DNA of 64,000 nucleotides from Eubacteriales bacterium (GCA_045545665.1 JAZQBL010000037.1:6389-70388), one strand, 5' to 3'. Counted from the stretch's first letter, positions 9,678 to 18,422 are shown. Notes: generated by a model not told the origin, from the sequence alone. Numbers and translations are program-made.

Positions 9678-10874
9678 TCAATTTTTGACCCGGTATTTTT
9701 TATTGCATTTCAAAACGATAAGTCCTATAACAAGTATTATGGGAAACACAGTTGCTGTGAGCAATCCCGTTTTAAGATCGCCGCCCGCCATCTCGGAGAT
9801 ACTTCCCACCATAACGGGACTTACAGTAGCACCGAGATCCCCTGCCAACGCCAGAAATGCAAACATTGCAGTTCCGCCTTTCGGACAGCTTCGCGAGGAT
9901 ATGCTGATAGAACCGGGCCACATAATACCGACGGACAAACCGCAAAGCGCACAGCCCGCAAGACCAAGTATCGGCAAAGACGACAGCGATGCAAGCAAAT
10001 AACAGCAAGCACACATGACCGCACAAGCGAGCATAACTTTTGCAAGATCGAGCCTTTCGCTGAACTTACCGTACAGCATACGTGATATACCCATAAGCAG
10101 TGCAAACAGGCACGGACCTGCCAGGTCGCCAACCGTTTTGGATACACCGACAGCGGATTCCGTAAAAGCGGACGCCCACTGCGCCATAGTTACCTCCGAT
10201 GCACCCGAGCAGACCATAAGTATTATCATCAGCCAGAAGATCGGTGTTTTCAAAAGTCCGCCAACACTCATACTTTTGCCGTCCTCTACCAACCGTTTTA
10301 TCGGACAGCTGATAAAATTGAAGGTATTGCATAACGGCACAAGCGCCCAAATAAAGGTAAGTATTTTCCAATTTTCTATACCGAACACGGCAAAAAAGAA
10401 AGTCGAGCCGAGGATAACGCACATTGCTCCCCAGCAATAAAAGGAGTGCAGTAAGCTCATCATTCCGTCTTTATTTTCAAACGGACAGGCTTCAACGATA
10501 GGACTTATCAAAACCTCAATGAGGCCGCTGCCGACGGCATAAAGCACAACGGATACCAAAATACCGACAAACGGCAAGGGGAGCATTTCGGGCAAAACAG
10601 CCATCAAAACGAGGCCTGCAGCCGATAAAACTTGTGATGCAACAACGCAGGTGCGGTAACCGATCTTGTCGGCAAATTTCGTAGCTGCAAGATCTACGAG
10701 CAGTTGTGTCAGATAAAACACCATCGGGATCATTGCGATCTTTTCAAGTGTGATCCCGTATGTATCCTTGAATGTCAGAAACAAAAGAGGCGTGAAATTT
10801 GCGGATATTGCTTGTGTAACGAATCCGAGATAACAAGCCGTTAATGTTTTTTTGTAATTTTTTTCAGTTGCCAT
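9678..10874 (-). CDS. MFS transporter
   Basis: 398 aa with about 12 predicted TM helices in a two-fold organisation. Confidence 0.75.
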   Translation of the reverse strand: MATEKNYKKTLTACYLGFVTQAISANFTPLLFLTFKDTYGITLEKIAMIPMVFYLTQLLVDLAATKFADKIGYRTCVVASQVLSAAGLVLMAVLPEMLPLPFVGILVSVVLYAVGSGLIEVLISPIVEACPFENKDGMMSLLHSFYCWGAMCVILGSTFFFAVFGIENWKILTFIWALVPLCNTFNFISCPIKRLVEDGKSMSVGGLLKTPIFWLMIILMVCSGASEVTMAQWASAFTESAVGVSKTVGDLAGPCLFALLMGISRMLYGKFSERLDLAKVMLACAVMCACCYLLASLSSLPILGLAGCALCGLSVGIMWPGSISISSRSCPKGGTAMFAFLALAGDLGATVSPVMVGSISEMAGGDLKTGLLTATVFPIILVIGLIVLKCNKKYRVKN

Positions 10875-10921
10875 AATAATTCTTTTTTACAGGGTTATTT
10901 GCATTTATTTGCGGGCTTTTA

Positions 10922-11776
10922 TCAGTCGATACGGATCGTTTCGCCCGACTTGATGCTGTACAATTTACTGTCAACGTCAAGCCACACCGTAAAGAGCGTG
11001 GGGTTGTATACCATATGACCGTCGGCACTGTACCTCAAACTCTTATAAGCGTTGACGTAGTCGTATATTTCTATATTGGTCGCGTACCACAGTTCGTCGT
11101 TGTTTGCGAGTTTTCGGCATATTTGCTCGATATGATCCCAGTTATTATGTCTGTCGAATTCATAGCTGTGTCCCCATATGTAAAGCAATCTCGGAACACG
11201 ACGTGCGTGGTAAGTGTTCGGCGAAATATCAAGATTCAAAAATTCGTCTACGTATTCCATAATTTTCGGGTTGTTATGGTGAGCCGTCGGCATCCACGCA
11301 TAAAAATCCTGCGGAAGAAGAAAAGAGTTATTATCACCGCCGAGCGTTCGTGAATAAGCAATATCCAATTCAATAAGGTAATTTTTTATCTGCTCGTAGC
11401 TTCCGAAGTTGCCCATCTGAGTTATGCCCGAATCGGGATACGCCATACCTCTGATAATACGGTTGCATTTTTTCTCAAGCTCAAGACGGCAGTCAAGCAC
11501 GTCGCGTATGCCTTCGATCGCTCTTAAATTACCGTTTGCTCTGTGATTTGCACCGTGAACGGCAATTTCGTGGCCTTTGTCGAGGAAATATTCTTTTATC
11601 TGTTCTTTTGTAAAGTTTTCTTTCTTTATGTATTCACAGTTAAAATTAAAAGTTGCTTTCATGCCGTATTTATCAAACAGCTCCGCTAAGCGTTTATCCT
11701 GCGGTACGCCGTCATCATAGCTGAAAGTTACGGCTTTCGCCCTGCCGTTCGGGTATCTCATAAATACAGATCTCAT
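10922..11776 (-). CDS. Polysaccharide deacetylase (CE4-like)
   Basis: Motifs VTFSYDDG and HEIAVHGANH resemble the CE4 metal and catalytic motifs. Confidence 0.7.
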   Translation of the reverse strand: MRSVFMRYPNGRAKAVTFSYDDGVPQDKRLAELFDKYGMKATFNFNCEYIKKENFTKEQIKEYFLDKGHEIAVHGANHRANGNLRAIEGIRDVLDCRLELEKKCNRIIRGMAYPDSGITQMGNFGSYEQIKNYLIELDIAYSRTLGGDNNSFLLPQDFYAWMPTAHHNNPKIMEYVDEFLNLDISPNTYHARRVPRLLYIWGHSYEFDRHNNWDHIEQICRKLANNDELWYATNIEIYDYVNAYKSLRYSADGHMVYNPTLFTVWLDVDSKLYSIKSGETIRID

Positions 11777-11876
11777 ACAACTACTCCATATGTTTAGTTA
11801 CTTGATTTTTAAATTAAATATCCGGCTATCACTGCCGTTTATTCGATAAATTGGAATTTGTCGAACTGTTATATCA

Positions 11877-12161
11877 TTATTTGTATTTCGGTTTGATTAG
11901 CAAATGCGTGTCTAAGTCAATTACATAGTCAACACAAGTGGTGCCTGTGTATGGTAATTCTTCATATCCATAATGGGCACAAAAAGCGGATAGAAAATCC
12001 TTTTCCGTAACTGTTTGCAGAATTTCTTTTATTGCATTTTGTAATTCTTCTCTCTCGAGGTGACCGCCATGTATTAACTTGTCACCATATACAGATTCAA
12101 GTTCTATCAACAATTTTGTCCCTCCGTCAAATTCTAATTTATCAGTTAGATTATACCACAC
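11877..12161 (-). CDS. Small orphan protein; true start probably an internal TTG near 12107
   Basis: 94-codon open frame in an AT-rich segment. The track start (GTG at 12161) lies upstream of a minus-strand promoter (TTGGTT-17-TATAAT with TG). GGAGGG followed by TTG downstream is a better initiation site. I recognise no family. Confidence 0.5.
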   Translation of the reverse strand: MWYNLTDKLEFDGGTKLLIELESVYGDKLIHGGHLEREELQNAIKEILQTVTEKDFLSAFCAHYGYEELPYTGTTCVDYVIDLDTHLLIKPKYK

Positions 12162-12171
12162 ATTTGTAAAT

Positions 12172-12417
12172 AAACCAAGGCATAGCCTTATATATCATCA
12201 AAAGTGAAGTTGCGGCAAGCCGCAGTGAAGTTATGCCCTGCGGCATAGTGAAGAGCAGACGCTTCGCTTACTGCGTGAAGTTAAGTGTTCCGCATATCGT
12301 GCCAAAGGCACGCTTCATAGCCGAAGGCTGCTTCATTAGCGAAGCATCTTCATGCGCCACAGGCGCGCTTCATTCAAAAAACGCACCTTTGTCGGTAGAC
12401 AAAAGTGCGTTTTTTTG
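12172..12417. repeat. Hairpin-array repeat, copy A (ends in a bidirectional terminator)
   Basis: GTGAAG occurs at 12204, 12225, 12248 and 12275, each followed by a short GC hairpin. CTTCAT then occurs at 12313, 12331, 12348 and 12368. A terminator hairpin ACGCACCTTTGTC-GGTA-GACAAAAGTGCGT plus a T-run follows. The core 12312-12417 is near-identical to 13157-13260. Confidence 0.8.
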
Positions 12418-12478
12418 TTGCGAAGAAACACGCAAACGGTGGGCAGGTGTAGGAAAAAAACGCAAAAAAGGTGCGTGA

Positions 12479-12964
12479 TTATAACTGTTGAAAGGATAAA
12501 TAGATAAGGAATGCTGTCATTAACCAAGACAGCCAGTCAAACAAGGAACTGGTGAATCCTCTCAGATGCTTTCTTTTTGCAAGAAGAATAAACGGCTTAC
12601 CATAATCTTCGATGTTGCTATAAGTTGAGGCAATAATAACACACGGTATTTCTATTGCACAAAGCACGATTGAAAAGACGATTAGTATCGATTGCAAAGC
12701 CTCAATAAATCCTAATGTAATAGCGAAAACCATAAAAGTGAATGTGGCTATTAGGAAAATAAGGTTTAAACCGTATAAAATTCCAAGTGAGTTTTGCTTA
12801 TTGATTGAATGATACAACCAATAGTTGATAAAACCTTTTCTGTTTTTCTTGATATAAGTTTTGCTCATTTTTGACAAGCGAAGGTAAGAATATATACCGC
12901 TACGAAAATTTGCATATAGCAAAAGATTATAAAGTGCTATTACGATCATAAGAAAATAAAACAA
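12479..12964 (-). CDS. Orphan small membrane protein (about 4 TM helices)
   Basis: 161 aa and hydrophobic, with RBS GGAGGTG 9 nt before the TTG start. Its own minus-strand promoter is TTGATT-17-TATAAT with TG. The segment is AT-rich. Confidence 0.65.
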   Translation of the reverse strand: MFYFLMIVIALYNLLLYANFRSGIYSYLRLSKMSKTYIKKNRKGFINYWLYHSINKQNSLGILYGLNLIFLIATFTFMVFAITLGFIEALQSILIVFSIVLCAIEIPCVIIASTYSNIEDYGKPFILLAKRKHLRGFTSSLFDWLSWLMTAFLIYLSFQQL

Positions 12965-13018
12965 TAGCGGTCACCTCCTACCATTTCTTTGAGTGTATTA
13001 TATCACATTCCCGCCAAT

Positions 13019-13260
13019 AAATCAAGGCATAGTCTTGCTATTCTTAATGATGCATCGCCTTGCGGCGATATGAAGCGGCAACTGCAACAAGTTGCCATGA
13101 AGTGTTCCGCAAGCGGAACATGAAGCGAAGCGCGCATCCTCATGTGGCGAAGCCATGCTTCATAACCGAAGGCTGCTTCATTAGCGAAGCGTCTTCATGC
13201 GCCGCAGGCGCGCTTCATTCAAAAAACGCACCTTTGTCGGTAGACAAAAGTGCGTTTTTT
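13019..13260. repeat. Hairpin-array repeat, copy B (its terminator directly follows tRNA-Tyr)
   Basis: Same architecture as copy A. ATGAAG-punctuated hairpins come first (ATCGCC-TTGC-GGCGAT, GGCAACT..AGTTGCC, TGTTCCG-CAAG-CGGAACA). Four CTTCAT units and the identical terminator follow. Confidence 0.8.
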
Positions 13261-13262
13261 GT

Positions 13263-13348
13263 TGGTGGGGGAAGGTGGATTCGGACCACCGAAGTGAATG
13301 CACAACAGATTTACAGTCTGCCCCCTTTGGCCGCTCGGGAATTCCCCC
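13263..13348 (-). tRNA. tRNA-Tyr (anticodon GTA)
   Basis: The minus-strand read runs GGGGGAATTCCCGAGCGG...CTGTAAA...GGTCCGAATCCACCTTCCCCCACCA, with a long variable arm and an encoded CCA. Confidence 0.9.
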
Positions 13349-13351
13349 ATA

Positions 13352-13426
13352 TGGAGCTGGTGATCGGAGTCGAACCAACAACCTGCTGATTACAAATCAG
13401 CTGCTCTGCCATTGAGCCACACCAGC
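13352..13426 (-). tRNA. tRNA-Thr (anticodon TGT)
   Basis: The minus-strand read is GCTGGTGTGGCTCAATGGCAGAGCAGCTGATTTGTAATCAGCAGGTTGTTGGTTCGACTCCGATCACCAGCTCCA. The anticodon arm is GCTGA-TTTGTAA-TCAGC. Confidence 0.9.
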
Positions 13427-13466
13427 ACATTTGTTATTTAACAGCGTTTTCCGCTGCAACACCGAT

Positions 13467-13524
13467 ATAATACCACAAGATCTCCGTTTTGTCAATACCT
13501 TTTTGCAAAAAAAATTATTTTTTT
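13467..13524 (-). promoter_or_regulatory. Promoter of the tRNA-Thr/Tyr operon with A/T-rich UP-like element
   Basis: On the minus strand: TTGACA (13490-13495), 17-nt spacer, TATTAT (13467-13472). The upstream block 13488-13524 is identical to 31532-31568. Confidence 0.65.
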
Positions 13525-13601
13525 TAGAGAAATAAAACTTGACTTCTTTCGCCGCATAATGTATAATCGTATTATCAACATAATATAGGAGATGATTTGA
13601 T

Positions 13602-14660
13602 ATGAGTAAAGTAAATATTGCCGTTATCGGGTGCGGTACGATCGCAAAAGCTGCACATATCCCGAATTATGCGGACAACCCCGATGTAAACATCAAATAT
13701 TTTTGCGATATAATTCCCGAACGCGCAGACGAACAGGTAGCTTTGCACGGTGGTAAAGCAATATACGACTACAAAGAAATATTAAACGATGAAGAGCTTG
13801 ACGCCGTTTCGGTCTGCACACCGAACGACATGCACCGTATCATCACCTGCGATTTTCTGAAAGCGGGAAAGCACGTACTTTGTGAAAAACCTGCCGCAAG
13901 AACGATCGACGAAGTACACGTTATGCAAGAAACAGCAAAAGAAACGGGAAAGGTCCTCAATATAGGAGTTGTAAACCGTTTCAACGGTGCCGTAAACAAA
14001 ATAAGAGAGATAATAAGCGCAGGCGTACTCGGTGAAGTATATCACGTATACGTATCGTTCAGACAGACACGTTCAATTCCCGGTCTCGGCGGTAAGTTCA
14101 CGACAAAGGCTCTTTCGGGCGGCGGTGTTCTTATAGACTGGGGCGTTCATTATCTTGACCTTGTAATGTACTGTATGAATGATCCCGAACCCAAAACGGT
14201 ATCGGCACAGACCTACAGCAAGCTTGCGACAAATATGCGTGAATACGTATTTGACAGCATGTGGGCAGGTCCCCCCGATTACAACGGAACGTATGACGTT
14301 GAAGAATTTGTAACGGGATTTATAAGAACGGAAGGACCTACGATAACGCTGAACGGTGCATGGGCACAAAACATATTCATACCCGAAACGTACATTGATT
14401 TCATTGGAACAAAGGGCGGCATACGCCTCAGATACGGCGGAGATTTTGAGCTTTTCACGGTAACAAACGGCAAGCTTACAACAGAAAAGCCCGAATTTGA
14501 TTCCTCTGTCAATATGTTCAAATCGGAAATCGACCACTTTGTACAGTGTGTAAAGAGCGGCGAACACATACGCTCTCACATTGACACAGCAGAGATCACC
14601 GCACGTATAATGCAGGGCATTTACGATTCCGCAGAGTACGGCAAAGAAGTCACCCTTTAA
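13602..14660 (+). CDS. Gfo/Idh/MocA-family NAD(P)-dependent oxidoreductase
   Basis: N-terminal Rossmann fold (NIAVIGCGTIAKAAHIPNY) and EKP motif (LCEKPAART). Confidence 0.8.
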   Translation: MSKVNIAVIGCGTIAKAAHIPNYADNPDVNIKYFCDIIPERADEQVALHGGKAIYDYKEILNDEELDAVSVCTPNDMHRIITCDFLKAGKHVLCEKPAARTIDEVHVMQETAKETGKVLNIGVVNRFNGAVNKIREIISAGVLGEVYHVYVSFRQTRSIPGLGGKFTTKALSGGGVLIDWGVHYLDLVMYCMNDPEPKTVSAQTYSKLATNMREYVFDSMWAGPPDYNGTYDVEEFVTGFIRTEGPTITLNGAWAQNIFIPETYIDFIGTKGGIRLRYGGDFELFTVTNGKLTTEKPEFDSSVNMFKSEIDHFVQCVKSGEHIRSHIDTAEITARIMQGIYDSAEYGKEVTL

Positions 14661-15062
14661 TCACGTGTGCTTTCCGAACATAATCTTTTTTCCGTTATGT
14701 TCTTTGACGTAAAACACCTCTCCCGCTTTGTATCTTATATACTTATCGCGACTTGAAGTCTCAATTATTTCTCCGTGAAGCTTTGTGTATCCGCCGTTTG
14801 CGGTTATATCGCTTACAGCACACGATATTCGTTTTCCCTTTTTTCTTCCGAAAATGAATACAGTAACCGCTTCAAAAAAAGTGATAAAGATAAACCCAAA
14901 GCACTGTATATACATGGGAAGCGATACAAGTGAGATGCAGAAGGACAAAAGTCCCGCAGACATTGCACACACGGCAAAGCTGTTTTCCGTCAGCAAATAG
15001 AGCACAAAAAACAAAAAAGAAGAAAAAAGCCACAAAGACGGCATAATATCAAAAACAGTCAA
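14661..15062 (-). CDS. Small membrane protein, possibly NfeD-like
   Basis: Two or three N-terminal TM helices and a C-terminal beta-rich soluble domain. The family call is weak, and the TTG start lies inside a stem-loop. Confidence 0.4.
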   Translation of the reverse strand: MTVFDIMPSLWLFSSFLFFVLYLLTENSFAVCAMSAGLLSFCISLVSLPMYIQCFGFIFITFFEAVTVFIFGRKKGKRISCAVSDITANGGYTKLHGEIIETSSRDKYIRYKAGEVFYVKEHNGKKIMFGKHT

Positions 15063-15102
15063 GGCAACGACCTCCGTATTTTTTACGGTGATTGTTGCCT
15101 TG
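15060..15102 (-). promoter_or_regulatory. Nested stem-loop covering the RBS and start codon of the 14661-15062 ORF
   Basis: The outer stem is CAAGGCAAC / GTTGCCTTG (9 bp) and the inner hairpin is CCGTA-AAAAA-TACGG. GGAGG and the TTG start sit inside the structure, and TGTTTTT follows it. Confidence 0.45.
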
Positions 15103-15113
15103 ATCCTTTTATT

Positions 15114-15803
15114 TTATTCCGAATAAATGAATATCTGATTTATTTTTGCGCCGTCGCTGCCTGTAAGTATTTCAAAAAACAGCGGTATCGTTCCGTCCTC
15201 GGGATCGGGAAGATCGGGGCGGAATGCGCCGTTATTATCCATAATATAATACGACACTTCGAATATTTCCCTCGTTATCGTTCCCGAAACGTCGGCAATC
15301 GACACAGGACCCGATTCGAGACGCACTTTAATATTATATATTTTCTGCTGGTGGATCTTATCATCAAATTTTTCTATCAAAGATCCGAAATTGTTGAAAT
15401 AGTAATCGGTAAAAAAAGTATTCAACTTTTTTCCGTCGCCGTTCATTGCCGCATTGAAATATTCATACAGCATAGCAATAGATTCAGGTGCATCGTCTAT
15501 TTCATTTTCTGTATACGTTATGGTAGTTCCCTGATATTCAACGCTCATATATCTGTTTTTTTCAAGATATTTTTCGTCGTCAAATATATTTTCTCCCTCT
15601 TTCGGTTCGTAATATCCTACGTCGCTTTTGTAATCAAACGGATCGTACGAGCGCACGATGGCATTTCTTTGCTCCTCCGCATTTGAGCATTGTTTTATGA
15701 CAGACACCGTGATAATTGCAAGACAAAGAAGAAGTATAAGTGCAAAAACGGTCTTTTTATTTATTATTTTCTTCTTATTTTCCACATTTATCCAATTTCC
15801 CAA
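15114..15803 (-). CDS. Membrane-anchored hypothetical protein
   Basis: 229 aa with a single N-terminal TM helix. It overlaps the upstream gene by 16 nt. I recognise no family. Confidence 0.6.
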   Translation of the reverse strand: MGNWINVENKKKIINKKTVFALILLLCLAIITVSVIKQCSNAEEQRNAIVRSYDPFDYKSDVGYYEPKEGENIFDDEKYLEKNRYMSVEYQGTTITYTENEIDDAPESIAMLYEYFNAAMNGDGKKLNTFFTDYYFNNFGSLIEKFDDKIHQQKIYNIKVRLESGPVSIADVSGTITREIFEVSYYIMDNNGAFRPDLPDPEDGTIPLFFEILTGSDGAKINQIFIYSE

Positions 15804-16654
15804 AATCTTTTTACGTTATCTTTTCCGACTCTTATGCCGAAAAGATTATCTTCGAGTCCTTCAAATTCAACGGAAATATATCCGTCATATCCGGTTTTCT
15901 TGAGAATTGACAAGCTTTGTGATGCGTGGGCATCTCCGTAACCGATTACAGTTCCGTGCAGATAGTTGTTTGCTCTCGTTTTAAACCAGCCTTCTCCCGG
16001 ATTCATTTCGTAACCCGGTTTGAAAAGGAAGTCTTTCGCGTGCACCATTTTTGCGTAAGGTGCGACTATAGCAACCGATTTTTCAGGTTCTTCATCGGCG
16101 CACATAAAGTTACCGATATCTACCAATGCACCAAAATTTTCGTAGTTTACAGCAGAAATAAGTGCCGCAACTCTCAAAGCATCCTGGGAGTAAAAGCCGT
16201 GGTTTTCCGTTGCCGTAACGATTCCCTTTTCTTTAGCGTATTCGGAAACGCGGCGGCAGCCTTCTGCAAGACGCGGTATTGCGTTCTCATAAAATTTATA
16301 TTCATGTCTGTTCCCGTGTCCGTATGCGACGTCGTGACGGAATGTTTTCGCTCCGTATGCAGCAGCAAGATCAACCTTCGAACAAACGCGTTTGATCTCC
16401 GCATCAAGATCCTCACCGGAACCGAAAAGAAAATCAGCCGCTGTGCAAAACGACGCTACTTCAAGGCCTTTTTCTTCACAGTAACACTTTACTTTTTTTG
16501 CAAGCTCAAGGTCAGAACAGTTTTCGTGCATACCGTCAACTATCTCGATGCCGTCAAAACCGTTTTCCTTTGCAAAATCAACAGCGCCGAAAATCCCGAA
16601 GCCTTCCTTCGTTATATATTTTCCAAAGCTATAAGTACTTACACAAATTTTCAT
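15788..16654 (-). CDS. Sugar phosphate isomerase/epimerase (xylose-isomerase-like TIM barrel)
   Basis: 288 aa; the pattern resembles the AP-endonuclease-2/TIM-barrel family (GFDGIEI..., ...ENH...). Confidence 0.6.
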   Translation of the reverse strand: MKICVSTYSFGKYITKEGFGIFGAVDFAKENGFDGIEIVDGMHENCSDLELAKKVKCYCEEKGLEVASFCTAADFLFGSGEDLDAEIKRVCSKVDLAAAYGAKTFRHDVAYGHGNRHEYKFYENAIPRLAEGCRRVSEYAKEKGIVTATENHGFYSQDALRVAALISAVNYENFGALVDIGNFMCADEEPEKSVAIVAPYAKMVHAKDFLFKPGYEMNPGEGWFKTRANNYLHGTVIGYGDAHASQSLSILKKTGYDGYISVEFEGLEDNLFGIRVGKDNVKRFWEIG

Positions 16655-16734
16655 TTTTTCAACCTCGTTTTTTTGATGAAAGAATTATATCACAAAATTG
16701 TTAAAATATATATGGCTATTTTTAAATATACATA

Positions 16735-17628
16735 TTAAACAAGTGCATATATTCCGAATACGGAATAACGTATCTGTTTTAAGAAAAACAGCAAAAACAG
16801 GCGCACAAGCTCGGACTCCTTTGCAAAAGCCGTTACGTGGACGTCATATTCACCGTCGGAATACAGTGACGGAACACAGTCGGCTTTAACAGTCTTTATT
16901 CCGAAAAAGTCACTGTAAAACATAATATCGGATATTGTATTCTCTTTGTCGTATCTTATATAGATCTCTGCATAACGCTCCGATTCCTTCTTGGAAGAGA
17001 TGAGCGATTCTGTGTTTTTACCGCAAAGCGCAAAACGTGTTTTGGCGTTTTCGTCATTGGACATAACGTCTGAGGCAAGGCATATAAACAGCTCGTATTT
17101 CGATATAAGATTATAAAACCCGTCAAGCCTTCCGTCGGTGGAATTCTCAATGGGAAGTATGCAGTGGTCTGCCTTGCCGTCATAAACGGCTTCACAGACG
17201 GAATTAAAATCAGTGTAATAGTTTATATCAGAAGACGGTATATATTTCGAAAGCGATCTGTAGGCTTTGTCAAATGCCGCATTTTTAAAGCAAGCGATAT
17301 TTCCCGTGTCGAGTTCAAACGCGGAAGGTTGTAAAAAATCGCTTATTTTTCTTTTTCCCGGAGTTATTTCATCAAGCACGGAGCAAGCGGTAAGATACGT
17401 AAGCTTTTTATTTATGTTTTTATACATTCCGTACTCGGGAAAGTCGGCTTTCGGTATATCAAGATCGAATATTTTATTGAACTGCTCTTTCGTTTGCTGT
17501 GATAAAATACTGTCTGTACGTGAAAGCGGTGCAAGCATCTCCCTTAAAACAGCGTACATTCTCTCCTCAGCGCTTTGTCTTTTCAATTCGAGGCGCAAAT
17601 AATTTTCCGTATCTATCGTGTGTGGCAT
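16735..17628 (-). CDS. Prephenate dehydratase-like protein (divergent)
   Basis: The central motif CILPIENSTDGRLDGFYNLI resembles the PDT ENS..G motif. The remainder is divergent. Confidence 0.45.
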   Translation of the reverse strand: MPHTIDTENYLRLELKRQSAEERMYAVLREMLAPLSRTDSILSQQTKEQFNKIFDLDIPKADFPEYGMYKNINKKLTYLTACSVLDEITPGKRKISDFLQPSAFELDTGNIACFKNAAFDKAYRSLSKYIPSSDINYYTDFNSVCEAVYDGKADHCILPIENSTDGRLDGFYNLISKYELFICLASDVMSNDENAKTRFALCGKNTESLISSKKESERYAEIYIRYDKENTISDIMFYSDFFGIKTVKADCVPSLYSDGEYDVHVTAFAKESELVRLFLLFFLKQIRYSVFGIYALV

Positions 17629-17844
17629 CGTGTCTCCGCATTTTTAATATATTAGATAAATGATACGACGTTTCGGCTTTTAATTCAATATTAAGTTTGT
17701 AAACAATTACATCATCCGAAAAGCTCGGCGGTTTTAAATACTGTATCACTTGATATCAAACATGCCGTCAAGTAAAAATAAAAACTTGACACAGCGGTCA
17801 AAAAGTGATATACTGTGCAAAGAACAGTCTTACGAGGTGATAAT

Positions 17845-18381
17845 TTGAAAACTTCCGTTTTATCAAAATTCAGCGCTCCCGGCTGGAAAGAGTTACCCGA
17901 TATTGATCTGTATATGGATCAGGTGCTCGCTATCGCGGAAAAATATTTCGGTGTATTTTCATATACCGATGAAAACAACATAACGTCGTCAATGCTCAAC
18001 AACTACGTCAAGCAAAAGGCAGTACCGCCTCCTGAAAAAAAGCGGTACAACAAGGAGCATCTTTCGAGATTTCTTATGATATGCGTACTTAAACGGGTAT
18101 TGTCAATTGCACAGATCAAAGCACTTTTCGACTCACTTTTTGCCGAATTTTCAGCACCTGAGGTTTACACGCTTTTTGTAGGTGAGCTTGAAAGTGCGAT
18201 AGCATCTCTTTCAAAAAACGCACCGCTTCCCTCTTTGACAGATGAAAGCACAAGCGTTTTATCGCTTCGTTATGCGGTACGCTCGTTTGCTTTTCTTATG
18301 TTTTCTCAGGAAAACCTCCCCGAATCGGATACAGATGAAAAAGCGAAAGAAAAGTCAGCAAAAAAAGAAAGTGAAAAATAG
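17845..18381 (+). CDS. DUF1836-family protein
   Basis: YMDQVL...ITSSMLNNYVKQK matches my memory of DUF1836. GAGGTG lies 5 nt before the TTG at 17845, which I prefer to the GTG at 17815. Confidence 0.5.
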   Translation: MKTSVLSKFSAPGWKELPDIDLYMDQVLAIAEKYFGVFSYTDENNITSSMLNNYVKQKAVPPPEKKRYNKEHLSRFLMICVLKRVLSIAQIKALFDSLFAEFSAPEVYTLFVGELESAIASLSKNAPLPSLTDESTSVLSLRYAVRSFAFLMFSQENLPESDTDEKAKEKSAKKESEK

Positions 18382-18394
18382 TTTATATGTAACC

Positions 18395-18421
18395 AAAAGC
18401 CCCGAAAGATCGGGGCTTTTT
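18395..18421. terminator. Bidirectional terminator
   Basis: AAAAGCCCCG-AAAGAT-CGGGGCTTTT lies between convergent genes. Confidence 0.8.
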
Positions 18422-18422
18422 A

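Noticed and set aside
12172-13260. CRISPR array or integron cassette array as explanations for the hairpin-array repeats
   Set aside because: The conserved unit is only a 6-nt motif with irregular 17-27-nt spacing, so there are no constant-length repeats and spacers and no cas genes. No intI gene or attC-type core sites (GTTRRRY) are visible, and both orphan genes have their own promoters.
12233-13389. Two ORFs (12233-12478 and 13060-13389) sharing the peptide EGCFISEASSCA.GALHSKNAPLSVDKSAFF
   Set aside because: The shared peptide is just the translation of the conserved hairpin-array and terminator DNA. One ORF also runs through tRNA-Tyr. This is a nucleotide-level repeat, not a protein family.
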